Shown in pieces: positions 8,253 through 18,259 of a stretch of 64,000 bases of DNA (positions are counted from its first letter, which is position 1; each line of letters begins with the position of its first letter). A program made the position numbers and the translations under genes. The notes below the pieces were generated by a model. The model made no database searches and was not told where the DNA came from. It saw only the letters and a program-made list of their open reading frames with translations. The stretch is from Candidatus Aegiribacteria sp. GTDB taxonomy: Bacteria; Fermentibacterota; Fermentibacteria; Fermentibacterales; JCC-6. Location of the stretch: assembly GCA_021108435.1 (NCBI GenBank), contig JAIOQY010000198.1, forward strand, positions 5,507-69,506, in the 5' to 3' direction.

Positions 8253-9980
8253 TTGAAGAAACTTATTCCCCTTATTCCAGGTATTATTCTGCTTGCTTTA
8301 TTTATCGCTTACTCTCTCTCCGGTATCAGATCAAGTGGTCCGCTGGATAAGCTTGTTCAGCTTCTGCTACTGGTTCCCTCTGTTATCCTCATCTCACTGT
8401 TCTATTCAGGTCAGACGGAAAAAGATCTTGCTGGAAAACTGCGTTATCTTATCATGCGTCCTTCTTCTGCCCTTTTCTGCGCTGCCGCCATGCTGCTGCT
8501 TCTGATCTTTTCCATCTGGATAGCCCTTGACGCGCTGGAGGAAATTCCCAAAGGTGGTGATGAGGTTGCCTACTTCTTCCAGTCAAAAGTATTTGCTTCG
8601 GGCAATCTTTCCGCTCCTGTGCCAGGGGTGTCTGACCCGAGGAATTACTTTCCTTTCAGGCATTTCATTTTCAGAAATGGCATGTGGTTCATCATGTATA
8701 CTCCAACCCATGCACTTGCGATGGCTCCTTTTACACTGCTGCGTATTTCCTGGCTCCTTGGTCCGATTGAAGGGATACTTATTCTTCTGGGTATTTACCT
8801 TCTTGTAAAAACCTGGTCCTGCGAACTGTATGCCAGAGTTTGTGTGATTCTCCTGCTTTTGTCCCCATTCTTCCTTCTCATGATACCTACCTATATGGCA
8901 CACAATTCTAATCTTCTTTTCGTAACCTGGGGTCTTCTGCTTCTTTCAAAGGGCTGGAAGGAAGACAGACTTCTTCTATCCATAATTTCAGGCTTTCTAC
9001 TGGGAACCGCTTTCACAACCAAGCCGTATCCTATTATCGCATGGGGGCTTTTCCTTACCGTGTTTCTGCTTCTTCGAGGAAAAAAGGGGATTCGACATCT
9101 TCTTTGTATGGCTGCCGGATCACTCCTGCCTGCTGCATTTCTTTTCACCACGAACTGGTACTACACCGGAAATCCCCTGCACACAACCTACGAACTGGCA
9201 AGGGGAGGCAGCCTGGTTGGTTTCGGGAAAGGAAGAGCGTATTACCCTGTTTACGGGAATTTCGACCACACTGTTTTCAAGGGAATAAAGAACGTAGCAC
9301 ACCAGTTCATTATTGGCAGCATAGCCCTTTTCGGATGGCCGGGTATCTCAGGCGTTCCTATTCTGATCGCATTTTGGAAAGGTCTTCGAACATCAACAGT
9401 GAGATGGCTTTTTGTTCCCCCTGCCATACTTGCTCTCCTTCTTGTGGCACACTACGCTCCTGCTATAGCCTACGGTCCGAGGCATTATTTCACCATGATC
9501 CCCATATTCATTTTTCTGTCTTCATTGGGGATTTCTATCTTCATTAAATACTATACGACTAAGTTCGGCCTGAGGGGGAGTAATTTCGCTGTCCTTGTAA
9601 TCGCCGGGTTATTCTGCATAACAATTTTCACCTACCTTCCGGAAGAAATTTCCCTGAGATCTGGTCCCTGGCAGGCAATAGACCGGGAACCCTCACGAAT
9701 GGCCTCTGAAGTTGTGGAGATACCCGCAGTAGTTTTTATGCAGGCAGATGAGCATGGATATCCAAACATATGCAGCGGGCTACTTTTGAATTCCCCTGAC
9801 CTCTCAGGAGATATCATATACTGTGCTCACCAGACGGAGGAGAGTGACCGAGCTTTCATGGAACTCTACCCTGACAGACAGTATTACCTGTTCTGGTTTG
9901 ATGGAAGGGAATCTCACATGGAGCAGTGGTCTGAAACCCGCGCAGATGCTCTTGAACCCTCCTACAGCATGAGAAAATAG
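8253..9980 (+). CDS. Polytopic GT-C-type glycosyltransferase (ArnT/PMT-like, GT39/GT83-like)
   Basis: 575 aa with at least 10 hydrophobic helices. A DEVAYF acidic motif follows the early helices, as in ArnT/PMT enzymes. TTG start lies 1 nt after the upstream stop. Confidence 0.6.
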   Translation: MKKLIPLIPGIILLALFIAYSLSGIRSSGPLDKLVQLLLLVPSVILISLFYSGQTEKDLAGKLRYLIMRPSSALFCAAAMLLLLIFSIWIALDALEEIPKGGDEVAYFFQSKVFASGNLSAPVPGVSDPRNYFPFRHFIFRNGMWFIMYTPTHALAMAPFTLLRISWLLGPIEGILILLGIYLLVKTWSCELYARVCVILLLLSPFFLLMIPTYMAHNSNLLFVTWGLLLLSKGWKEDRLLLSIISGFLLGTAFTTKPYPIIAWGLFLTVFLLLRGKKGIRHLLCMAAGSLLPAAFLFTTNWYYTGNPLHTTYELARGGSLVGFGKGRAYYPVYGNFDHTVFKGIKNVAHQFIIGSIALFGWPGISGVPILIAFWKGLRTSTVRWLFVPPAILALLLVAHYAPAIAYGPRHYFTMIPIFIFLSSLGISIFIKYYTTKFGLRGSNFAVLVIAGLFCITIFTYLPEEISLRSGPWQAIDREPSRMASEVVEIPAVVFMQADEHGYPNICSGLLLNSPDLSGDIIYCAHQTEESDRAFMELYPDRQYYLFWFDGRESHMEQWSETRADALEPSYSMRK

Positions 9981-10130
9981 TAATCTCTTCTTTCAGTTAC
10001 ACGCTGCACAATGTATATTCGGCACGTTAATCAGAAGTCTTATACCTGTGACTGTAACGGAAATATCCGCGGCAAACCAGGTTGAAAATAATACTGTTAC
10101 TATACTTACTAGTATCTTAAAGAGAGGAAA

Positions 10131-11561
10131 ATGAGGGTAGTTCTTTTCGTTCCAAACTGGAAATTCGCTGACATGAGGGCTCATGATACTCAGGGTATCG
10201 CTGGTGTATGGGCACCCACCGGTTTGATGTATGTAGCTTCCGTGCTGAGGGAGGCGGGACATCAGGTTTTCATTGAGGATGGCGCATTCTGGTCGGAGGA
10301 AGAGCTTACTGACAGGATTCTCAGCCATGAACCGGATATCGCAGGTGCCTTTGTAATAGCGATGTTCTGGGAACGGACAAAGAAACTTCTGACGAACCTG
10401 AAATCAGCCAGACCGGATATCAGGCTTTTGGTCGGGGGACACGCTCCATCCGCACTTGGAAGAAAGTGCCTTGAGGAATCTCCGGAACTCGATTCAGCGG
10501 TGCACAGTGAAGGCGAATACACTGTTAGAGAACTGGTTAATGCCTGGGAACAGGGCCTTGACACTGCAGGTATCCAGGGGTGTGTTGTTCGTGATGCAGA
10601 GGGGAATATCGTTGAGAATCAGCCCCGGAGACTGATAGAGAACCTTGACGAACTTCCTTTCCCCGCTGTTGATCTTGTTGATCTTGACAGATATCAGCCT
10701 TCCGCAGGCCAGGTTCTGCGCCTTCCCGTAATGCAGGTTATAAGTTCGCGTGGCTGCACCCATATGTGCCTTTACTGCTACAGACTCATGGGTGACCGCT
10801 GCCTTAGAATGCGATCACCTGAAAACGTAGTTGATGAAATTGAGCTTTATGTAAGGGAATACGGAGCAAAGGAAATCAAGTTCTGGGATGAACTGTTCAC
10901 GCATGATAAAGCCAGAGTCATGGAAATCTGCCGTCTCATCAATGAAAGAGATCTTGATATCACCTGGTGGTGCTCTGCCAGGGGTGACAGTGTAGACGAG
11001 GAATTACTCAGAACCATGAAGAAGGCTGGATGCTGGTGCATTAATTTCGGTGTTGAATCCGCAGTACAGAAGAACCTTGATACCCTCAGAAAAGGGATAA
11101 AAATAGAGACATCCATAGAAGCTATCAAGCTGACGCACAGAGTTGGTATAAAAACCTTCGGCACATACATCTTCGGAATTCCCGGAGAAACTTTCGAGGA
11201 GGGTCTTGAGACTATTCGTCTTGCCAGGAAGCTGAGATCGTACTACACTGAATTCTTTCCAATTACACCCTTTCCAGGGGCAGAACTCTACGAGAACTCA
11301 ACAAAATATGGAGTTGTTCTAAGGGATATGTCGGATTCCGGTATGCTAAAAGAGGAAATTCCCTTTGAGCCGTTCTCAATGAGCGCAAAACAGATAGCTG
11401 AACTTAGGAAACGGGCATTCAGGACAGTTTATCTCGATCCTGGATACATCCTTATGAGATTATGGTCTCTTAGAAGCTGGTATGAGGTCAGAACCGTTTT
11501 CAGGGGAGCAATTTCTCTTCTGATGATGCTGTTCAGGAAAAAATATCCTGCCGATTCTTAA
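10131..11561 (+). CDS. B12-binding-domain radical SAM enzyme (class B-like)
   Basis: 476 aa. N-terminal Rossmann-like B12 domain (MRVVLFVPNW...LLVGGHAPS), then SSRGCTHMCLYC (CxxxCxxC) and a TIM-barrel region. SD AGAGAGGAAAATG. Confidence 0.85.
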   Translation: MRVVLFVPNWKFADMRAHDTQGIAGVWAPTGLMYVASVLREAGHQVFIEDGAFWSEEELTDRILSHEPDIAGAFVIAMFWERTKKLLTNLKSARPDIRLLVGGHAPSALGRKCLEESPELDSAVHSEGEYTVRELVNAWEQGLDTAGIQGCVVRDAEGNIVENQPRRLIENLDELPFPAVDLVDLDRYQPSAGQVLRLPVMQVISSRGCTHMCLYCYRLMGDRCLRMRSPENVVDEIELYVREYGAKEIKFWDELFTHDKARVMEICRLINERDLDITWWCSARGDSVDEELLRTMKKAGCWCINFGVESAVQKNLDTLRKGIKIETSIEAIKLTHRVGIKTFGTYIFGIPGETFEEGLETIRLARKLRSYYTEFFPITPFPGAELYENSTKYGVVLRDMSDSGMLKEEIPFEPFSMSAKQIAELRKRAFRTVYLDPGYILMRLWSLRSWYEVRTVFRGAISLLMMLFRKKYPADS

Positions 11562-11576
11562 TATACAATCACATTC

Positions 11577-12650
11577 TCAGTATTTTCGCCCGGTGATATA
11601 CTGTGCTGTTCCTTTTATAATCCCTGCTCCGAGGGCAATCATATCAACGAGTATCATCCCAGAGAACCTTAACATGGTTACGAACCCGAACAGCTTTCGT
11701 GAAGCTATAAGAAATGGACTGTTGAGCAAAATGGTCAGAATGAGTATTACTGTCACAGCAAGAATCGATCCATGGAGCCAGCCCGAACCACACAGCGCGG
11801 TAATGACTCCTGACAGAAGGGTCAGAACTGCCGTCCAGACAAGGAAGATGCTTAATATGACAACAGGATTGTGATGCGTGCCGCTGTTCCTCACTGAAGC
11901 GTATCTACCAATCAACCTTGATCTGAATTTCCTCAGACCATTCTTAATCTGAGCACTGGACATTCTGATACGCCTTCTGAAAAACTGCTTAAGCGAGTAT
12001 TCAGCCAGATGCTTAACCTGCAACGATCTATTCAGAAGTATGCTTCCTCCCTCATCCACAAGATGATAGCCGAATTCTTCATCTTCAACAGTAGGTTCAG
12101 GAATAGAAGTATCAAATCCTCCCAGAAGAAGAAATATTTCCCTTTTGACTCCGACACAGTATGTGGAGAAGACTGCCGATTCCTCAGGGTTGCACCTGGA
12201 AGCGTAAAAATAGTAGTAGAAATTCTGATATCTGGAAACCGAATCTTCAGCCGGACATATCGGGTGATAGAGCGTCTGCACGGCAGTTATTTCCCTGTTT
12301 TCCACGAAATTGATCAACAAATGAGAAATTAAGTCTTCAGGGAGTACAACATCCGCGTCTATAAAAAGAATTATCTCGCTAGAGCATCTTGCAGCACCCA
12401 GATTTCTTGCGACAGCAGGACCTGAGTTCTTTTCAGTCGAGATAAGAGTAATTTCCTTGTATTTACGCACTATTTCGGCGGAATCGTCCTCAGATTTATC
12501 ATCAACTGCGATGATTTCTGCCGGGATGGAAGTCTGGGAGAGCACAGATTCAATGCATTGCCGAAGCGTATTGGCTGCATTGTATACCGGAATGATTACA
12601 GATACCTGCAGGGATGTTTTATCTTTCTTGATTTCCTGTACTACTTTCAT
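11577..12650 (-). CDS. Family 2 glycosyltransferase with C-terminal transmembrane segments
   Basis: 357 aa. VSVIIPVYNAANTL, VDDKSEDDS and FIDADV blocks, with a hydrophobic C-terminal 100 aa. Confidence 0.85.
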   Translation of the reverse strand: MKVVQEIKKDKTSLQVSVIIPVYNAANTLRQCIESVLSQTSIPAEIIAVDDKSEDDSAEIVRKYKEITLISTEKNSGPAVARNLGAARCSSEIILFIDADVVLPEDLISHLLINFVENREITAVQTLYHPICPAEDSVSRYQNFYYYFYASRCNPEESAVFSTYCVGVKREIFLLLGGFDTSIPEPTVEDEEFGYHLVDEGGSILLNRSLQVKHLAEYSLKQFFRRRIRMSSAQIKNGLRKFRSRLIGRYASVRNSGTHHNPVVILSIFLVWTAVLTLLSGVITALCGSGWLHGSILAVTVILILTILLNSPFLIASRKLFGFVTMLRFSGMILVDMIALGAGIIKGTAQYITGRKY

Positions 12651-12766
12651 GGGATCTTCAATGAGTTATCAGTTGTCTGTCTTAACCGTATGCATCAGGC
12701 TTTTATATATTACACTGCTTTTGTTTTGTCCAAGTCGAAGCATTCAAGAGAGAATAGAGGATTTCT

Positions 12767-13849
12767 TTGAAGTTAATCGGCATATTATCCAGCCTGCTGA
12801 GTGTAAGGCAGCCTTCCTTTGTAATTCTTTTCGTTACAGCTCGATGCAACGCAAAATGCTCTTTCTGTTTTTACGGGGATAATATTGCGCGGTCACAGCA
12901 TGATAAAGAACTTACTATCAATGAATTCAGAGCCATTTCGAAAACAGCTGGATCTGTTCCTTACCTGCTTATTTCAGGAGGGGAACCCGTCCTGAGAGAC
13001 GATCTGACAGAAATTATCGAATGTTTCGTGGAAAACGCTGGATCAAGATTTGTAACTGTACCCTCCAATGGTCTCTCTCCGGACAGAACTGCTGATCTGT
13101 TCCACTATCTCACTGACCATTATCCTGAAACTCATTTCAGAGCCTCTCTGAGTTTGGATTATATGGATGAGCGCCATGATGTTCTTCGAGGAGTGAAGGG
13201 GTGTGTCGATTCCGTCGTTGAAACTGCCAATAGAATAGCACAGCTGAGGGAAAGCAGGACAAACCTGTCAATGGATCTGGTCACGGTATTCATCAATCAG
13301 ACCGCCGGAGATCTTGCACTTCTCAGGGAATTCGCTCAGACTGAGATTCGCCCGAATAACCATGAACTTCACCTGCTGAGACCAGACGTGCCCGGAGAGG
13401 TTCCCGACCAGGTCGACATTGATCTTTTTCTGAGGGAACTTGAAATATTCGGGAAGAACGCCAGAACATCGGAGACAAGAACTCTTAGCCCTGTTTTCCG
13501 GGGGATTAACAATACATTCCTTCATTCCATGAGCAGACTCTGCAGGGGGAAATGGATAGGTCCATGCATGGCGGGAAGAAAATTCACTGTCATCAATGAA
13601 TTCGGGAAGGTGAGGTTATGCGAATTGAGAAACGAGCTTCTGGGAGACTTGAGGGAAAACGGGTATGATCTGCTGGAGATACTTCATTCAAAGAAGTCCG
13701 TTGAGACAGTGAGGAAGATGAACAAAGGAAGATGCACCTGTACATGGGAATGTGCTATGTCAGCGAATATTATTTACAATGCGATGTTCTATCCTGAGAT
13801 TCTGTTCAGAAGTGTTCGGGAAGTCTTTACGCGAAGAATTTCTCAATGA
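12767..13849 (+). CDS. Radical SAM enzyme with a C-terminal Cys-rich (SPASM/twitch-like) extension
   Basis: 360 aa. TARCNAKCSFC (CxxxCxxC) near the N-terminus, SGGEP block, and C-terminal cysteines (...GPCMAG...RLCE...GRCTCTWECA). TTG start with AGAGG 7 nt upstream. Confidence 0.8.
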   Translation: MKLIGILSSLLSVRQPSFVILFVTARCNAKCSFCFYGDNIARSQHDKELTINEFRAISKTAGSVPYLLISGGEPVLRDDLTEIIECFVENAGSRFVTVPSNGLSPDRTADLFHYLTDHYPETHFRASLSLDYMDERHDVLRGVKGCVDSVVETANRIAQLRESRTNLSMDLVTVFINQTAGDLALLREFAQTEIRPNNHELHLLRPDVPGEVPDQVDIDLFLRELEIFGKNARTSETRTLSPVFRGINNTFLHSMSRLCRGKWIGPCMAGRKFTVINEFGKVRLCELRNELLGDLRENGYDLLEILHSKKSVETVRKMNKGRCTCTWECAMSANIIYNAMFYPEILFRSVREVFTRRISQ

Positions 13850-15375
13850 AGGTAGTCCTTATAAAACCACCTGTGGTTAATTTCCGTAACAGCCCCTTTG
13901 GCTCTGTTCCTGGAGTTCCCACGAACATGGCCTACCTGGCTGCAGTTCTTCGTGAAACAGGACATCATATTGCAGTGGTTGATGCGTACGGACTGGCTCC
14001 GCACAGGTTTACAGAGTACAGGGGAAAATTCGAGATTCGAGGCCTGCTCCCGCATGAGATTGTTGAATGTATTCCCGAAGGTGTTGATGTTCTGGGAGTA
14101 TCCGTTCACTGCACCCTTGAACACAGTATATGTATCAGCATAATTGAAGAATGCGTAAAGGCGTTTCCGGGTGTTACTATTGTTGTTGGTGGATACCATA
14201 CAACATTTACTGTGGATCCTTTTCTGGAAGCAGGTGCTGACTATGTGCTTCAGGGTGAGGGTGAACACAGATTTCCAGCTCTCCTCAGATTAATTGAATC
14301 CGGTTGTGAGTTTGAATATGACGGCATTCATGGCCACGGATACAACAGGGATAGAGAACCAGAAGTATGCCCTATTGAAGATTTCCCTTTCGGATTTTTC
14401 GACCCCCTTCCTCTTGAAACGTACTGGAAACTAAGGTACGCACACGGTCCTGTTCAATCTGACAGATATCTCAGTATTTTCACGAGCAGAGGCTGTCCTT
14501 ACAATTGCGCCTTCTGTCAGACCCCTCAGATGTGGGGTTTGAAATGGATGGCTAAAAGTCCGGGCAGGATAGTTGATGAGATGGATTACTATCATTCGCG
14601 ATATGGAGTGAGTGATTTTCACATACAGGACGAAAATTTCTCTCTGTCCAGGGATAGAACACGCAAATTCGCTCTTGAACTTCTTAATCGGAAAAGGCAT
14701 TACAGGTATTGTTTTCCTTCCGGTGTGAAGGCGGAAACTCTCGGCAGAGAGGAGCTCGAACTGCTTCGATCGACCGGCTGCTACTATTTGTGCATTTCTC
14801 CTGAATCAGCTTCGGCAAAAGTACTGAAAGCAATGAACAAACCGGTTGACCTTGATCATATGGTAAATACTGTAAGGTGGTGCAATGAGCTTGGCATAAG
14901 GATTAATAGCAATTTCGTTCTTGGTTTTCCCGGAGAAGAAAAAATCGACAGAAAAATGACCTACCGCTTTGTCCGCAAGCTCACCAGACTTGGACTTGAT
15001 GAGATAATCACCTTCATGCTCACTCCTCTTCCTAAAACACAGATGGCATATCTCATGCCTAAGGGACTGGAATTTGAGGAGATTAATTTCTCGCCAACCT
15101 GGCGTGAGAATTACAAACTGATTACCCGCGCCAGATTATGGATATATCTGCAGTTTTTTGTAATTAAACTGCTTTATCATCCTGAGAAGATACTGGAAAA
15201 CATTCTGTGTGTTATTCGGCGTAAATTCCAACTTAAGGGTGATATGACAGTATACAGATTACTTGTGGATTTGTGGGATCGGCACATCCGTCCGCTGTTG
15301 CATGAGGATAATCCCGAGATAACCGACATTCCGAAGTTTTACCCTCCGGCAGAAAGAAACTTGCATGGGAAATGA
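13846..15375 (+). CDS. B12-binding-domain radical SAM enzyme (class B-like)
   Basis: 509 aa. MKVVLIKPP... B12-like domain, then TSRGCPYNCAFC. The ATG overlaps the upstream stop (ATGA). Confidence 0.85.
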   Translation: MKVVLIKPPVVNFRNSPFGSVPGVPTNMAYLAAVLRETGHHIAVVDAYGLAPHRFTEYRGKFEIRGLLPHEIVECIPEGVDVLGVSVHCTLEHSICISIIEECVKAFPGVTIVVGGYHTTFTVDPFLEAGADYVLQGEGEHRFPALLRLIESGCEFEYDGIHGHGYNRDREPEVCPIEDFPFGFFDPLPLETYWKLRYAHGPVQSDRYLSIFTSRGCPYNCAFCQTPQMWGLKWMAKSPGRIVDEMDYYHSRYGVSDFHIQDENFSLSRDRTRKFALELLNRKRHYRYCFPSGVKAETLGREELELLRSTGCYYLCISPESASAKVLKAMNKPVDLDHMVNTVRWCNELGIRINSNFVLGFPGEEKIDRKMTYRFVRKLTRLGLDEIITFMLTPLPKTQMAYLMPKGLEFEEINFSPTWRENYKLITRARLWIYLQFFVIKLLYHPEKILENILCVIRRKFQLKGDMTVYRLLVDLWDRHIRPLLHEDNPEITDIPKFYPPAERNLHGK

Positions 15376-15593
15376 AAACCGGAATCTCAGGATACTGGGG
15401 TCCGACAAAGGATGTTCCATACAGAGCAGAGGGGAATACTGGTTTGATTGCTATTCTGTTTGATGTGGTTAGAATTAATGAATAGTACACTGTGGATTGG
15501 TTTCCCTTTGAATCACCATGAGCCTCGGGTGTATTTCGGAATCCTTCTAGCTGCTATAGTTGGTCTAAAGCGTATGGAAATGGAGCAGTCCTG

Positions 15594-17039
15594 ATGAACA
15601 TCAGTCCTAACACTGAATCAAAAATGAAGGCTGTGCTGGTGAATCCACCTGCGATTATGGGCATGGATTTCATCAGGGAGGGGCGGTGCATGCAGAGTTC
15701 CAATTCCTGGGCAACCCCATGGCCCCCAATAACCTTAGCGATAATGGCTTCTATAGCAGAGTCTTATATGGAAGTCCATTTGTTTGATTTCATTATCGAG
15801 AAGACTGATCGAGAGGCTGCCAGGAAAATTGTTACAGAACTTGAGCCTGACCTGCTGGTGATAAATACCGGTTTCCCATCAATTGATGGTGATATGGAAT
15901 TCGCGACCGATCTGAAGCGGAGTATGCCCGACTGTTTCATACTGAGCTTCGGTGTCTTTTTTACATTGCTGAAAGAAGAGGGGCTGGAATACTGCCACTC
16001 TGTTGATATGGCTATTTATGGGGAACCAGAACTCACGTTTGAAAAATTTGTCAGGGAATTCAGCCTTACCGGTGAAGTTCCCATTACTGATGGTCTTCTT
16101 ATCAGGGATGGAGAAAGAGTGGTATCCACTCCAGCACGCTCCCTGATTCAGGATCTTGATCAGCTCCCTTATCCAAATCGAGCTCTTCTAAATAACGAGC
16201 TCTATGTCCTGCCCAGCAATGGAAAAAGATTTACTCTCATCAATTCCGCACGTGGCTGTCCCTTTAAATGTGTATTCTGTATTGCACCTGTTTACTATGG
16301 AAAAAGGGTAAGAAGACATTCCATTGCATACATTATTCAAGAAATTGTAACATGCATGAATGTTCACGGTATTGAAAGCTTCCTTTTCTGGGAGGAATCA
16401 TTTACCTCGGACAAATCTTTTTGCATAGAGCTGTGTAAGGAAATAATCAGGTTGAACCTGAATATAGAATGGGCTGCTACCACCAGAGCCGCCTCCCTTG
16501 ATAATGAAATTCTCTCTTATATGAAACAGGCCGGCTGCATGCTGCTTGGCCTGGGAATAGAAACAAGCAATCAAATAATTCTGAACAGAGCTAGAAAAAG
16601 CGAATCCGTCGAGGAGATTAACAGAGCTGTATCTCTCTGCAGAGATGCGAAGATACCTGCAATGGGACATTTCATATTCGGGCTGCCTGGAGAAACACCG
16701 AGTACAGCACAGCAGACCATTGAATACGCTATGCATCTTGGTCTGGATTATGTACAGGCTTACTGTGCTGTCCCGTATCCGGGAACCGAGCTTGGCGATC
16801 TGGCGAAGAGTAGCGGCTGGATAGAAGCAACAGGATGGTCTCAGTATGACTTCGGAGGCAGAAGCATAATGAGAATCGGCTCCATTAAACCAGAGGAAGT
16901 AAACAGAGCAAGGCAGAAACTGCTCAGGAAGTTTTACACGAGGCCTTCTTACATTATTGCTAGAATTATAGAAATTCGATCTTTGAAGCGGTTACTCAAC
17001 ATTTCCAGTTTTGTTAAGTGGATTATAGGCTCCCGATAA
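15594..17039 (+). CDS. B12-binding-domain radical SAM enzyme (class B-like)
   Basis: 481 aa. B12-like N-domain and SARGCPFKCVFC. An alternative start at 15624 (MKAVLVNPP) would match the N-termini of the paralogs. Confidence 0.85.
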   Translation: MNISPNTESKMKAVLVNPPAIMGMDFIREGRCMQSSNSWATPWPPITLAIMASIAESYMEVHLFDFIIEKTDREAARKIVTELEPDLLVINTGFPSIDGDMEFATDLKRSMPDCFILSFGVFFTLLKEEGLEYCHSVDMAIYGEPELTFEKFVREFSLTGEVPITDGLLIRDGERVVSTPARSLIQDLDQLPYPNRALLNNELYVLPSNGKRFTLINSARGCPFKCVFCIAPVYYGKRVRRHSIAYIIQEIVTCMNVHGIESFLFWEESFTSDKSFCIELCKEIIRLNLNIEWAATTRAASLDNEILSYMKQAGCMLLGLGIETSNQIILNRARKSESVEEINRAVSLCRDAKIPAMGHFIFGLPGETPSTAQQTIEYAMHLGLDYVQAYCAVPYPGTELGDLAKSSGWIEATGWSQYDFGGRSIMRIGSIKPEEVNRARQKLLRKFYTRPSYIIARIIEIRSLKRLLNISSFVKWIIGSR

Positions 17040-17041
17040 TC

Positions 17042-18205
17042 ATGAAAGAATATAAGATGGATCTTTCCGTAGTTATGCCCTGTCTGAACGAAGAGAAGAC
17101 CATAGGCAACTGTATTGATCTGGCTCTTGATACTATGCGCAGTGATGGAATAGAGGGTGAAGTTCTTGTAGTCGATAACGGTTCAGTCGACAATTCAGTA
17201 TCCATTGCCCTGGAACATGGTGCAAGAATTGTTCATGAGGATTCAAAGGGATACGGCTACGCTCTTAACAGAGGTTTTAAGGAAGCCCTGGGAAAGTACA
17301 TTGTCTTCGCGGACGCAGATGAATCTTACGATTTTTCATATGTTGGCGAATTCTGCAAACGCCTGAGAAATGGCAAGGATCTTGTTATAGGAAATCGTCT
17401 TACCGGAAGTATGGAGAAGGGAGCCATGCCCTGGCTGCACAGATTTCTTGGAACTCCAGTCCTCACTTTCTTTGTGCGGGTACTCTTCAAATTGCGGATC
17501 CGCGATATCAACTGCGGCATGAGGGGAATATCGAAGGAAGGGTATAACAAGCTGGAATTATTATGTGGAGGCATGGAGTTTGCCTCGGAGATGATGATAA
17601 AGGCAAAGATACAGGGACTGATTATTGACGAGTTCCCCATAGATTTCAAGAGAGATAAACGCAACAGACCACCGCATTTGAATACTTTCAGGGACGGCTG
17701 GCGGCACATGAGGTTTATATTTCTATTCGCGCCAAAAGCATTGTTTCTGTTACTCGGACTATCTTTGCTTTCAGCCGGTTTTATTCTGATGATTCTTATT
17801 CTTTTCAGTTTGCTGGGTGAGCTTGGTATTTTCACTATGCTGGTTTCACAGAGTCTGATTCTTCTTGGGGCACAGTTCATTCTTTATGGAGTAAGCAGCT
17901 ACGGTTTTTCTCAGTTCATCAATAGTAACCAGTACCCTGACAGGTTCAGTAAATTCTTCACAAATTTCACCATAGACAAGGGAGTTATTATTGGAGGTGT
18001 GCTTGTCCTCGCTGGAATCGTCATCTCTGTAATCGCGGCAGTCAACCTTTACGAGTATATGAAGAATGCTCAGGAAATCCTGTTTCAGGTTGAAACAACA
18101 AAATGGGGTTTTCTGGGTATCACACTGGTAATCTTGGGTATACAGACGGTTATATCATCATTTTATCTGTGTCTGTTCAACATCAAGAAAATTTATAATA
18201 ACTGA
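17042..18205 (+). CDS. Family 2 glycosyltransferase, polyprenyl-phosphate sugar synthase-like (DPM1/ArnC/GtrB architecture), with C-terminal TM helices
   Basis: LSVVMPCLNEEKTI, VVDNGSVDNS and FADADESYD blocks, plus four C-terminal hydrophobic helices. ATG 17042 follows the upstream stop (17037-17039). The ORF-track start 17018 would overlap it. Confidence 0.8.
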   Translation: MKEYKMDLSVVMPCLNEEKTIGNCIDLALDTMRSDGIEGEVLVVDNGSVDNSVSIALEHGARIVHEDSKGYGYALNRGFKEALGKYIVFADADESYDFSYVGEFCKRLRNGKDLVIGNRLTGSMEKGAMPWLHRFLGTPVLTFFVRVLFKLRIRDINCGMRGISKEGYNKLELLCGGMEFASEMMIKAKIQGLIIDEFPIDFKRDKRNRPPHLNTFRDGWRHMRFIFLFAPKALFLLLGLSLLSAGFILMILILFSLLGELGIFTMLVSQSLILLGAQFILYGVSSYGFSQFINSNQYPDRFSKFFTNFTIDKGVIIGGVLVLAGIVISVIAAVNLYEYMKNAQEILFQVETTKWGFLGITLVILGIQTVISSFYLCLFNIKKIYNN

Positions 18206-18259
18206 TTATAACCCGCTTTCAAAGAAAGCCTTAAACAAGAATATTTCGTTTTCCGGTTC

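Noticed and set aside
10011-10085. 24-codon ORF (MYIRHVNQKSYTCDCNGNIRGKPG*) in the gap upstream of the first B12-rSAM gene, a possible RiPP precursor.
   Set aside because: There is no SD and no coupling to a neighbouring gene. It is very short and lies in a probable promoter region, so it is not supportable without conservation data.
15376-15593. Possible cobalamin riboswitch ahead of a B12-dependent radical SAM gene (GGGGAATACTGG...).
   Set aside because: It lacks the conserved B12 box (GCCACTG) and the GGTGAAA.TCC...CCCGC core. The resemblance is limited to a few bases.
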